NCBI GenBank assembly: GCA_044347345.1
Contig: JBIKUX010000014.1
Coordinates: forward strand, 9,434-73,433
DNA length: 64,000 bases
Direction: 5' to 3'
Source of the DNA: Bdellovibrionota bacterium
Lineage (GTDB): Bacteria > Bdellovibrionota_C > UBA2361 > JBIKUX01
Shown: positions 1 through 9,229 of the stretch, piece after piece
Position numbering within the stretch: the stretch's first letter is position 1
Layout of the letters: every line of letters begins with the position of its first letter
Made by a program: the position numbers and the translations under genes
The notes under the pieces: generated by a model
Database searches by the model: none
What the model was told of the DNA's origin: nothing
The model's input: the letters and a program-made list of their open reading frames with translations, nothing else

Positions 1-1543
1 AGCTTCCTCCTTCCATTGGAGCATCTACTTGACCACTCGCTCGAGCAGTATCTAGAGAATCTTCGGACTTAGACTTAACTTTTTCAGCCGGTTCAGAGTA
101 TGAAATTCGATGATGATAAATTCCAGACAACACTCGACAAAAACACTTTGCTATTTTATGAAGGTCAGCTAGCGTCAATTCACACTCATTCAGTTGACCA
201 CTTGCAAAGACTTTATTGATCATCTTTTGCACCATCCCTTGAATCCTATCACTAGTCGGCTCACTCATGGTGCGTGAGGCTGCCTCAATACAATCAGCAA
301 GCATTAAGATACCAGCTTCTCTCGTTTGCGGTCGTGGGCCAGGATAACAGTAATGAGCTTTATCAACATCTTTCCCTTCAGCCTGAGCTTCCTTGAGAGC
401 TTTATCGTAAAAATACTCAATAGGCGAGGTGCCATGATGTTGTTCGATCATGTCCATTATTACTCGTGGCAAATTGTGCTTACGAGCAAGCTCTAAACCG
501 TCCTTCACATGAGATCGTATGATTAGAGCTGACATTGAAGGACTTAGCTTGTCATGACGATTTTCTCCTGAAACCTGATTTTCAACAAAGTACAGTGGCT
601 TTCTCATCTTTCCAATATCATGAAAATAAGCTCCAACTCGAGCTAACCATGCATTAGCGCCCACTGAATCTGCGGCCGTTTCTGCCATCATTCCCATGAT
701 GTTTGAGTGATTCCAAGTACCAGGAGCTTGAATACTTAATTCTTTTAATAAAGGATGATCAAGAGTTGCTATCTCCATGAGACGCATATCAGTAACAAAG
801 CTACCGAGGTGCTCAACAAGTGGCAGGAGTCCGACAGCAAGCAAAGCAGCAAAAAGAGCCCCGAAAATACCAGAAATATACCTAATAGGGAGTTCATCAA
901 TTTTTATTTCCGGATTCAAAAATATTGATACAGTCGCAAAAATTAATGAAAGAAGAGAGATGTAAAGTCCGGCTCGCATAAATACCAAGCGAGATCTAAT
1001 TCGAACCAAACTGAGAGAAGCAGCGAGAGACGATATTAGGAAATAAATAGCAAGAGTAATATCACCATCACCGTACAAAAAAGTAACAAGCCCCGTAGCC
1101 GCAGAGTAAACAAAAGCATAACGGAGCCCAAGAATAGCTTGAAGAATCAGACCTCCAGCAGCATAAGGAATAATAAAGTGCAAAGAACTTGTTGAAATAG
1201 CTTGGTATAATCTGTGCTTAATTACATAATCAGCAAGAGAAAAGCTAACAATCGTACCGAACCAGCCTATTACCAAAAAAACGCTGGTAATAATTAAACC
1301 AGCTACCACATCTCTCAGTCCACGATAACCACTTTGAGATACTTCAAATGCCGTTCCTATAAGACCGATAACGTATAATGAACAAAACATAGTGACAATA
1401 CGACCCGCCACGGCAGAAATTTCCGAAGCTTCCACCAACCCATGGAAAAGCCATTCGGCTATTAAAGACACTCCAGCGGCGTACGCTAATTCGTGCGAAA
1501 CTTTTAATTTTTCACTCAAATTTGAAAAAATGCCTGATTTCAT
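1..1543 (-). CDS. 7TM-HD (HDIG) phosphohydrolase, PgpH-like; runs off the left edge of the window
   Basis: Not in the ORF track. Hand translation from ATG 1543 gives MKSGIFSNLS..., several hydrophobic helices, then APGTWNHS...AYFHDIGK...YFVENQ. The frame stays open to position 1. Lies directly downstream of phoH, a conserved arrangement. Confidence 0.9.
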   Translation of the reverse strand, partial: MKSGIFSNLSEKLKVSHELAYAAGVSLIAEWLFHGLVEASEISAVAGRIVTMFCSLYVIGLIGTAFEVSQSGYRGLRDVVAGLIITSVFLVIGWFGTIVSFSLADYVIKHRLYQAISTSSLHFIIPYAAGGLILQAILGLRYAFVYSAATGLVTFLYGDGDITLAIYFLISSLAASLSLVRIRSRLVFMRAGLYISLLSLIFATVSIFLNPEIKIDELPIRYISGIFGALFAALLAVGLLPLVEHLGSFVTDMRLMEIATLDHPLLKELSIQAPGTWNHSNIMGMMAETAADSVGANAWLARVGAYFHDIGKMRKPLYFVENQVSGENRHDKLSPSMSALIIRSHVKDGLELARKHNLPRVIMDMIEQHHGTSPIEYFYDKALKEAQAEGKDVDKAHYCYPGPRPQTREAGILMLADCIEAASRTMSEPTSDRIQGMVQKMINKVFASGQLNECELTLADLHKIAKCFCRVLSGIYHHRISYSEPAEKVKSKSEDSLDTARASGQVDAPMEGGS

Positions 1544-1577
1544 CGAATACAGGGAGATTTTACCTCCCTTACCTTAA

Positions 1578-2564
1578 TTAGTGGCTGGTCATCTTCTCAT
1601 ATGCATGCACTATCCGTGCCACTAAAGGATGTCTAATTACATCCTCTGTTCCAAATCGCACCACCGATATCCCACTTACTCCTTCCAGCAATGTAACTGC
1701 CTCTTGCAAACCCGACCGCACACCTGAAGGTAGATCAACTTGAGTAGGATCTCCTGTTATTATGTATTTTGAGTTAAATCCCAGTCTAGTAAGACACATT
1801 TTCATCTGCATTGAGGTTGTATTTTGAGCTTCATCTAATATGACAAATGCTGAACGAAGAGTTCTTCCACGCATAAAAGCAAGAGGTGCTACTTCAATGG
1901 TTCCCTTTTCTATCAATTCTTGAGCTTTATCTGGATCAACCATATCGTAAAGAGCGTCATACAATGGGCGAAGATATGGATTAACTTTCTCTGCCATATC
2001 GCCCGGTAAAAAACCGAGACGCTCTCCTGCTTCAACGGCTGGACGGGCTAAAATTATCCGCTTTACATCCTTACGAAGTAAAGCGGCTACGGCTGTGGCC
2101 ATAGCAAGATAAGTTTTACCTGTGCCGGCTGGGCCAATACCAAATACGATATCGTTATTGCCGATAGCTTCTATGTATTGACGCTGATTAACAGTTTTTG
2201 GAGATATTGAGGCTTTTTTCCCGGCAATTCGCACCGATTCACGTAACATTTCCGTCAATCTAACTTTACGATTAGCAGATAACATCGCAATCCCACGCTC
2301 TATATCACCGGGGAAAATTTGTTCTCCTAATCCTAAAACTTCAGCAAATTGCCTAAGAACATCTACTGCCAAATCAACTGCCGCATCCTGACCTTTTACA
2401 GTAAGCTCCAGAGGAGTCTTACCAATCTCTACCTCGAGTTCTCTTTCAATAATTCGCAAGTTTTCATCTGTAGCTCCTGCAAGAAGCTGCATTATCTCAA
2501 GATATTGTACCGAAAAAGAAACTTCTTTAAAATTTCCGCGTGGATAGCTCCCTTTACTTCCCAA
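1578..2564 (-). CDS. phoH: PhoH-like ATPase (YbeZ family)
   Basis: GPAGTGKT Walker A, RPAVEAGERLGFLPGD, RGRTL, DEAQN motifs. The real start may be slightly downstream. Confidence 0.95.
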   Translation of the reverse strand: MGSKGSYPRGNFKEVSFSVQYLEIMQLLAGATDENLRIIERELEVEIGKTPLELTVKGQDAAVDLAVDVLRQFAEVLGLGEQIFPGDIERGIAMLSANRKVRLTEMLRESVRIAGKKASISPKTVNQRQYIEAIGNNDIVFGIGPAGTGKTYLAMATAVAALLRKDVKRIILARPAVEAGERLGFLPGDMAEKVNPYLRPLYDALYDMVDPDKAQELIEKGTIEVAPLAFMRGRTLRSAFVILDEAQNTTSMQMKMCLTRLGFNSKYIITGDPTQVDLPSGVRSGLQEAVTLLEGVSGISVVRFGTEDVIRHPLVARIVHAYEKMTSH

Positions 2565-2624
2565 GGTGCACTCCTCCTTTATACTCCCTGAGTCTTTACT
2601 TTAGCGCGGCTGAGCAAAACATCC

Positions 2625-2654
2625 TACTATGAAATTTAAGTAAATTTCATAGTA
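2625..2654. promoter_or_regulatory. Near-perfect palindrome upstream of phoH (14-bp arms, 2-nt spacer)
   Basis: TACTATGAAATTTA-AG-TAAATTTCATAGTA read directly; function is inferred. Confidence 0.45.
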
Positions 2655-3028
2655 ATGTGTAAAATTCTCTTTAAACCACTGATTTAGCGATATTTTTAAT
2701 TTATATATTAATCTTGAAACGAAAAGTCCTCATCAGTCTTTTCAATATCTTATACTTACCCCTAGGCGTTTGTCCTCTCTGATAGCTCTTTTCTATCGTC
2801 GCTAAGATGCTACGGTATAGCTCAATCAGAAGAAGGGATATACAGAAACCAGCCGCCGAGCACAACACGCAACAGGGTTAGAATGAAAAAAAGAGCAGAT
2901 AATAAAACAGTAAAAGACGACCAAGTTACCTCAGGTCACTCTGTATCTTTAAAATCTTTAAGAACCCTCCCAAAGACGGTAGATACTAAAACAAACTATA
3001 CCGTCGACATTTACATCGGTCGCAATGA

Positions 3029-4426
3029 TTACGCCGGCATAGATAACTCAAGCAAAACTCTTCTTAAAGCATCTAACGCGGTATATGCCGCAAATGTCCT
3101 TGTTCTATCTCTATCCGCTGGAAAAAATCGACTTAAAACTATCTCTTCATTTGGACCACTGAGCGCAACAAAAAAAGTACCTACCGGTTTTGGTGGTGTT
3201 CCTCCACTTGGACCAGCAATTCCTGTGATGGAAAGCCCCCATACCTCCTTAGGATTCGTTATTTCAGAGGATGAGGAATCTCCGGAATAAAGAGTATCGG
3301 GGTAGAAATTATCACTTCTCTGATCACTTCCCTGATCACTTCCCTGATCACTTCCCTGATCACTTCCCTGCACAGCTTCAATTTTTTTTTGCATTAGCAG
3401 AGATGTTGCACGATTGCGTATACATTGCGCTAGGGCAGTAGCACATTCAGCACTTACGGCTCCATACTCATTAAGTATCTCTGAACTGACTTCAATAATT
3501 CCAGTTTTCCACCTATTATCATAAGCAACAATACCACCGTGAAATATCTCTGAAGCTCCTGCAAAGGCCGTAATAAGAGATGACAATAAACCACCTGTAC
3601 AAGACTCAGCTACAGCAACAGTACCATTCCGTTTTTTTAAAGCTGAATGCACTACTTCAACTAACGAGATGTTTGGGTCAGTGCTAATTATGTAATCCTG
3701 ACCAACGCGCTTGGAAATCTCTTCAACTAGGGAAAGAGGGATTAACGAGCGAGAAGTAAGTTGTAGATGTACCTCTGGAAAGGCTGCGCGAAAGGATAAC
3801 TGTATGTCTGAGGGGATTTCGAGAGTAGCAATCCTTTGTTGAACCTCGGATTCAGGAAGACCAAAAAGACGCCAAAAAAATTCATTAATTGGTGAACCTG
3901 CAATACCACGAGCATGAAGCTCAGGTACTACCGACTGTTCCATCATGGCGTAAAGCTCACGAGGCACTCCAGGAAGAGAGCAGATAATATTTTCATTCTT
4001 CCGTAAAATAAATCCAGAAGCTGAGCCAACTGGATTTGGTATCACGCTACTATGCTCAGGGATCAATGCTTGCTGACGAACTAAACCTTCACAAGACCGC
4101 CCACGAGCAGTATACCAGCTCATCAAATTACTAAGTGCTATTTTGTTTTCAACAAGTTCCTGATTACAAAAAGCAGCGACAGCTTGCCGAGTAATGTCGT
4201 CACTTGTTGGCCCTATTCCACCAGTTATGATTATAAGAGAGGCACGTTTTTCCAGATATTCAAGCGATTCTAGAATCTCATCTAATTTATCATCGCAAGA
4301 CAGCGAGTATTTTACTGGAATACCAACTTTTTTTAGTAATTTTCCTAAATATTGTGAGTTACTATTTAGAATCCTACCATCTATAACTTCCGATCCGACT
4401 GTTAAAAGCGCACTTGTTCTTGCCAC
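3029..4426 (-). CDS. cinA: CinA protein (COG1058 molybdopterin-binding-like domain + NMN deamidase PncC domain)
   Basis: VGSEVIDGRILNSN, TGGIGPTSDDIT, LPGVPRE, AESCTGG, ITGIAGPSGG motifs. Confidence 0.93.
   Translation of the reverse strand: MARTSALLTVGSEVIDGRILNSNSQYLGKLLKKVGIPVKYSLSCDDKLDEILESLEYLEKRASLIIITGGIGPTSDDITRQAVAAFCNQELVENKIALSNLMSWYTARGRSCEGLVRQQALIPEHSSVIPNPVGSASGFILRKNENIICSLPGVPRELYAMMEQSVVPELHARGIAGSPINEFFWRLFGLPESEVQQRIATLEIPSDIQLSFRAAFPEVHLQLTSRSLIPLSLVEEISKRVGQDYIISTDPNISLVEVVHSALKKRNGTVAVAESCTGGLLSSLITAFAGASEIFHGGIVAYDNRWKTGIIEVSSEILNEYGAVSAECATALAQCIRNRATSLLMQKKIEAVQGSDQGSDQGSDQGSDQRSDNFYPDTLYSGDSSSSEITNPKEVWGLSITGIAGPSGGTPPKPVGTFFVALSGPNEEIVLSRFFPADRDRTRTFAAYTALDALRRVLLELSMPA
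3308..3370. repeat. 12-bp tandem repeat CTGATCACTTCC (4 perfect + 1 degenerate copy), encoding GSDQ repeats inside cinA
   Basis: Perfect units at 3320, 3332, 3344 and 3356. Confidence 0.95.
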
Positions 4427-4461
4427 AAAAAGATTCTTTCAAAAATCAAAGTTGATAAAAG

Positions 4462-6042
4462 TTAAGAAGTAGCTTCCGGAATATCCAATTTTGCCAGAGC
4501 ATGATGCTGCTCCTCAAGCTCACGCAACTGAGCGACCAAGATATCTTTAGGAATTAAATTTTCTTCCTCAACCATAAACAGAGGAGTCGATTTAAATGGG
4601 TCAACATATTTTCCGTTATCATACAAACTAAAATGCAAATGAGGTCCTGTACTTCGCCCTGTCATCCCAACTCGTCCAATCTGGTCACCGCGAGAAACCC
4701 GCATCCCAGGCCTTAATCCGCGCTCCACTTGAGAAAGGTGAAGATAGGCTGTGGTAAAACGCTCAGAATGCTTAATTTTTACCGTAATCCCTCCAGCTCC
4801 GTTATAACCAGAATGAGTTATTATACCATCACCTACACTTCGAACTGGCGTACCTATAGGTGCAGCAAAGTCCACACCGTTGTGAGGGCGCCAACGCTGA
4901 AGAACTGGATGAAATCTAGAATCTGAAAAAACTGAGGAAATTCGCGAAAATTTAAGAGGATAGCGGAGGAACCCTGCACCACCCGTCTTACCTTTCTCAT
5001 CAAAGTATCTCGCTTTACCATCTCGACCAACGTGTCGCACAGCTACTTGTAATTTACCACCGCTTCGCATAGATGCAGCTAAAATCGGCCCCACAGAAGA
5101 AACTCTGCCAAGCGCATCTGTGGATTGAGAATACACAATGGAGAAAGAATCACCCCTTTGTAAGTCGCGGCGAAAATCAATTCTATCACTAAAAAGATCG
5201 ACAAAATCATCTATTATTTCGTAAGGAATCTCCTGTTGAGCAGCCGCAGAAGCTAAGGACGAAAATATGATGCCAGCAGAGCGGTATTCACGAGTTACAG
5301 GCTGAAGATTTAACTCCTGTCGCACGAAACGATTATTCCTTAAGCGTTTCGCTACAATCGCACCACCCGTTACCAGCGGCCTTCTAACTTCCAGAATCTC
5401 ATTAGTAAAGCTGGATCTGATGAATTCGATTAATTCACCTTCCTTAAGTACAGACTTTTCAGCACCGGTCACAAGCAACAGATGCGCAACTTCGCTTGCT
5501 ACTTGTGATGAAAGCCCACGTTGTGAAAACAATCGAATCGGGGACTCACCCTCTCGCACTGTAACTACATCTTTGCGAATGCCACTAACGCGACTGAGCT
5601 CCGGCAACTGAGTGCTAGGAAGAAAATTACTATTTTGAGCTATCATGTCCTGCTTAACGCGCAAGCCTGACTCAAGAAAATCTAAGTCATGAACAGAGAT
5701 TCTTTGCAAAGCAGCCGATTTTTTATCATCCACCGAATCCAAACCCTTGTAATGTGGCAGAGCGGATGATTGTTGTGAGAATGATTTGTTAGCCTTTGAC
5801 ATGTATGACAAAGGCATCCTGCGATGAATTGGTGAAGTAGTGCCTACCCCAACTACTGCTACCGCTTGAGCGACGAGAGCAGTAAGAAGTAAGTTACTGC
5901 CTTTAAAAAAATAATTTGAAACCATAACATTCTTTCTGGTCTCTCCTTGAACATTCAGCAAAGAAGCTTTTAGTCTTCTTTGTAACTTCGCGAGAGAACG
6001 TTTTAGCAGAAAAATATCTGCGCTAACAAAATGTCTCCTCAA
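4462..6042 (-). CDS. M23 family peptidoglycan DD-endopeptidase (MepM/OapA-like)
   Basis: RISSVFSDSRFHPV, HNGVDFAAPIGTPV, YLHL, STGPHLHF. The true start is probably downstream of 6042. Confidence 0.9.
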   Translation of the reverse strand: MRRHFVSADIFLLKRSLAKLQRRLKASLLNVQGETRKNVMVSNYFFKGSNLLLTALVAQAVAVVGVGTTSPIHRRMPLSYMSKANKSFSQQSSALPHYKGLDSVDDKKSAALQRISVHDLDFLESGLRVKQDMIAQNSNFLPSTQLPELSRVSGIRKDVVTVREGESPIRLFSQRGLSSQVASEVAHLLLVTGAEKSVLKEGELIEFIRSSFTNEILEVRRPLVTGGAIVAKRLRNNRFVRQELNLQPVTREYRSAGIIFSSLASAAAQQEIPYEIIDDFVDLFSDRIDFRRDLQRGDSFSIVYSQSTDALGRVSSVGPILAASMRSGGKLQVAVRHVGRDGKARYFDEKGKTGGAGFLRYPLKFSRISSVFSDSRFHPVLQRWRPHNGVDFAAPIGTPVRSVGDGIITHSGYNGAGGITVKIKHSERFTTAYLHLSQVERGLRPGMRVSRGDQIGRVGMTGRSTGPHLHFSLYDNGKYVDPFKSTPLFMVEEENLIPKDILVAQLRELEEQHHALAKLDIPEATS

Positions 6043-6296
6043 AAAATCGAAGAAACACCAGACTACAATTTTTAACTACAATTTTTAACCATCGGTAAAT
6101 TTTGATATCCAAAAATTGCCGAAGACCATCATGTATATCATTTGATGCAATTTAGGCCAACCCAAGGATCGAATTTGAATTAATGTTTTAATGTCACAAA
6201 CAATTTTCTAAAAATTGGTGTAAATTGAAAATTCCCTGGCGTTGGTCATCTATGCTAGCCTATCCTAAGCGCGATATTTAGGGATAAAATATAGTC

Positions 6297-7307
6297 GTGG
6301 ATTCTAGTCCTGAAGCAGTTTTAGTTGTTGGTGGTGCCGGATATATCGGAAGTCACGCTGCTCTCACACTGAAGCGACAAGGCTTTCTACCTGTACTTTT
6401 TGATAATTTCTTTAGAGGAAACCGCTTTGTTTCAGAAGAGGTATCATGCCCACTGGTTGAGGGCTCCATAAATGATTCAGCGACCCTCTTGGCTATTTTT
6501 GAAAGATGGAAACCTATAGCGGTTATGCATTTTGCCGCAAAAGCCTATGTAGGAGAGTCTGTATCAGCACCTCTTCCCTACTATGAGACCAATGTGGGGG
6601 GTCTTATAACCTTGCTAAGCGCCATGCGAACTAAAGGTATAAGGCGTTTAATTTTTTCTTCTACTTGCGCTACATACGGGTGTCCTTCAACCACGCCCAT
6701 CTCAGAAAACACCCCACAACTACCAATTAATCCGTACGGCCGTTCAAAATTAATGGCAGAAGAAATTATAGCCGATGCTTGCGCTTCTTCAGATCTTAAG
6801 GCGGTAGTATTTCGCTACTTCAATGCTGCAGGAGCAGACCATTCAGGGCGCATTGGTGAGCTACATCGCCCAGAAACACATCTCATCCCTTTAGCGTTTA
6901 AGGCAGTTGCCCACGGAGTGCCGCTAGTTATTTTCGGTAATGATTATCCAACTAAAGACGGCACATGTGTTCGCGATTATATTCATGTAAATGATATTGC
7001 TGAAGCTCATACTTTAGGCCTTCAACATCTTTTAACTGGTGGCAATTCTCTGACCGTCAATCTAGGACACGGTAGTGGTTATTCCATAATTGATGTTCTT
7101 AAAATGGTAGCAGCAGTAACAGGCAAACCTGTGCCAACAAAAATAGGAAAAAGACGACCGGGCGATCCTCCAATTTTAATTGCCGATGCTTCTCGAGCCT
7201 ATAAATTTTTAGGTTGGTCTCCAACTCAATCAGATTTGCGCACCATAGTCGAGTCAGCATGGAACTGGCATCAATCTGAAATAGGGCAAGAAGGAATAAT
7301 ACCTTAA
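6297..7307 (+). CDS. galE: UDP-glucose 4-epimerase
   Basis: GGAGYIGSH, HFAA, FSSTCATYG, YGRSK, RYFNAAGA, DGTCVRDYIHV. Confidence 0.95.
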   Translation: MDSSPEAVLVVGGAGYIGSHAALTLKRQGFLPVLFDNFFRGNRFVSEEVSCPLVEGSINDSATLLAIFERWKPIAVMHFAAKAYVGESVSAPLPYYETNVGGLITLLSAMRTKGIRRLIFSSTCATYGCPSTTPISENTPQLPINPYGRSKLMAEEIIADACASSDLKAVVFRYFNAAGADHSGRIGELHRPETHLIPLAFKAVAHGVPLVIFGNDYPTKDGTCVRDYIHVNDIAEAHTLGLQHLLTGGNSLTVNLGHGSGYSIIDVLKMVAAVTGKPVPTKIGKRRPGDPPILIADASRAYKFLGWSPTQSDLRTIVESAWNWHQSEIGQEGIIP

Positions 7308-7356
7308 ATAGCGAACTAAACTTCTGATATTATTATAACCTGTAGACAGCAAAATT

Positions 7357-7989
7357 ATGCATGGTAAGTCTTCGGTAATATCCATTCCCAGACTGGCTCT
7401 ATCATCCCTCGCACACCCTGCGCCAGAAGTTGCACCAAATCTTCTTGGATGTATCCTTGTATCCTCTACTACAAATGGCGTTATAACAGCCGGTATGATT
7501 ACTGAAACCGAGGCTTATGGCGGCCCAAACGATGAGGCCAGTCATGGTTTTCGTGGCAAGACTCTGAGAAATAGATCGTTTTTTCTCCCCTACGGTCACT
7601 TTTATGTATATCGTAGTTACGGAATTCACTACTGCGTAAATATAACAACAGGGCATGACGATGGTGGTGCCCCAAAGACATATGCTGAAGGAGTGCTCGT
7701 TAGAGCATTACTACCTTTAGACGGCATTAAAACCATGCGCCGTCGTAGGGGTAAAGACCAAACTTTTCCTGCGTCAAAACTAACAGCCGGGCCGGGTATG
7801 GTAACACAAGCTCTTGGTATTTCTATTGAGCAAGACGGACTGCCTTTAAAAAATGCTACCAATGTATGGGTTACTCAGCCCATCAAAGTATTTATCAAAG
7901 ATGACATCTCTATCACCACACGCATAGGAATTACAAAATCTAAAGAACTTAACTGGCGCTTTCGTTTAAAAGATATGTCTAGCAATTAA
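7357..7989 (+). CDS. mpg: DNA-3-methyladenine glycosylase (MPG/AAG family)
   Basis: ITETEAY, YVYRSYGIHYCVN, GVLVRAL, GPG..TQALGI, RIGIT...WRF. Confidence 0.92.
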   Translation: MHGKSSVISIPRLALSSLAHPAPEVAPNLLGCILVSSTTNGVITAGMITETEAYGGPNDEASHGFRGKTLRNRSFFLPYGHFYVYRSYGIHYCVNITTGHDDGGAPKTYAEGVLVRALLPLDGIKTMRRRRGKDQTFPASKLTAGPGMVTQALGISIEQDGLPLKNATNVWVTQPIKVFIKDDISITTRIGITKSKELNWRFRLKDMSSN

Positions 7990-8127
7990 GACATGAAACA
8001 TTTAACTTAAGCCTATTTACAAAATTTTTTGGCCAACCAAGGAGGTTACTTGCAATCGTTTCCTCCAAAGTGTACTGAAAAGACATTAAAATTAACAAAT
8101 TTTTTTCTAACCGATTAGAGAGTTATT

Positions 8128-8391
8128 ATGCTGGAAACTAGTAGAGACTGTAGCCGCAGCGGCACGGACCTGAACGGCACAGGCCAGAACGGCACAGGCC
8201 AGAACGGCACAGGCCAGAACGGCATGGACCCGAACGGCATGGAAGGCCCGACGCGAGAGCAGATCGTGTCTTATCAAAAGAAAACCTATAATGAAGTTCC
8301 AACACAAGCATCATCAGCAAAAACCTATACCGAAACCGATGCCCAGATATACTTCGGTGATACCAAACTACCAGACGGCTATGGAGCTTAA
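8128..8391 (+). CDS. Small hypothetical protein with GTGQN repeats, immediately upstream of wzm
   Basis: 87-aa ORF with a purine-rich upstream stretch; stops 6 nt before the wzm start; the 15-bp repeat preserves the frame. Confidence 0.5.
   Translation: MLETSRDCSRSGTDLNGTGQNGTGQNGTGQNGMDPNGMEGPTREQIVSYQKKTYNEVPTQASSAKTYTETDAQIYFGDTKLPDGYGA
8161..8243. repeat. 15-bp tandem repeat GGCACAGGCCAGAAC (3 perfect + 2.5 degenerate copies)
   Basis: Units at 8161, 8176, 8191, 8206, 8221 and 8236; GC-rich relative to the flanks. Confidence 0.95.
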
Positions 8392-8397
8392 AAAAAC

Positions 8398-9198
8398 ATG
8401 ATAGCTGCTGTCACCTTTATCCCAGATTTTTTTGTTCAGTTATTTCTTTACAGGGGGTATCTTTGCCAGTCAGTTATCAGAGACCTTAGAACTAAGTATA
8501 AGCGGTCTATGCTTGGTTACCTTTGGACTATGCTCCATCCGCTTGGAATGATGGTGATTTTAGCTGTAGTGTTCGCTGGAATTATGCGAATACCGGTTAG
8601 AGACTATTCTATTTTTCTTTTTTGCGGCATGCTTCCATTTAATTTTTTTTCAAGCACAGCATTAATGTCCTTAGGAAGCATAAGAGCAAATGCTAGATTG
8701 TTCGGACAAGTGCCAGTACCGAAATATATTTTCGTTCTGTCCATAACTTTTTCAAATCTTTTTAATTTTATTGTAGCTTTAGTTCCGCTACTTATTCTGA
8801 TGTTGATATTAGAAAGGCCAATTCCCATTACTGCTTTAACTTTTCCAATAATGATGATTCCTATTGTTTGTATTACAATCGGAGTCTCTTTGATTCTTGC
8901 TACTAGCAACGTTTTTTTTGAAGACACCCTTCACCTATCAGAAGTAGGAATGCAAGCTATTTACTTTTTATCACCAGTGCTATACCGCAGGGAGGATCTT
9001 CCTCAATGGCTTGTTGATATCTTAGTAATATCTAATCCACTGTTTAATCAGATAGAGTTTTTTAGGGATATTTTTTTCTCAGGTGTTCTCCCCGATCCGA
9101 AATTATTTGCAATCAACCTTGCTTCCTCTTTAGTGGTCTTGGCTCTAGGTTTGTGGATATTTAAAAGGTCTGAGGACAAATTTCTTTACTTTGTCTAG
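8398..9198 (+). CDS. wzm: ABC-2 polysaccharide export permease (Wzm/TagG type)
   Basis: RDLRTKYKRSMLGYLWTMLHPL, six hydrophobic segments, YFLSPVLY, NPL. Confidence 0.88.
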   Translation: MIAAVTFIPDFFVQLFLYRGYLCQSVIRDLRTKYKRSMLGYLWTMLHPLGMMVILAVVFAGIMRIPVRDYSIFLFCGMLPFNFFSSTALMSLGSIRANARLFGQVPVPKYIFVLSITFSNLFNFIVALVPLLILMLILERPIPITALTFPIMMIPIVCITIGVSLILATSNVFFEDTLHLSEVGMQAIYFLSPVLYRREDLPQWLVDILVISNPLFNQIEFFRDIFFSGVLPDPKLFAINLASSLVVLALGLWIFKRSEDKFLYFV

Positions 9199-9229
9199 TT
9201 AAAATAATCAGACCTCGAGGAAAACTTTT

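Noticed and set aside
2721-2743. CTGATGAG on the minus strand, resembling a hammerhead ribozyme core
   Set aside because: No stem II followed by GAAA and no stem III/NUH arrangement could be built; it sits in the loop of a simple GAAAAG/CTTTTC hairpin.
2755-2885. 6S RNA or SRP RNA in the cinA-phoH spacer
   Set aside because: No SRP domain IV motif, and no 3' strand complementary to the putative 6S-like 5' end; kept only as an unassigned candidate structure.
2883-3290. 135-aa plus-strand ORF
   Set aside because: Mostly antisense to the conserved C-terminus of cinA, with no recognisable motif.
8161-8243. Repeat array as a possible CRISPR
   Set aside because: Units are contiguous 15-mers with no unique spacers, and there are no cas genes in the window.
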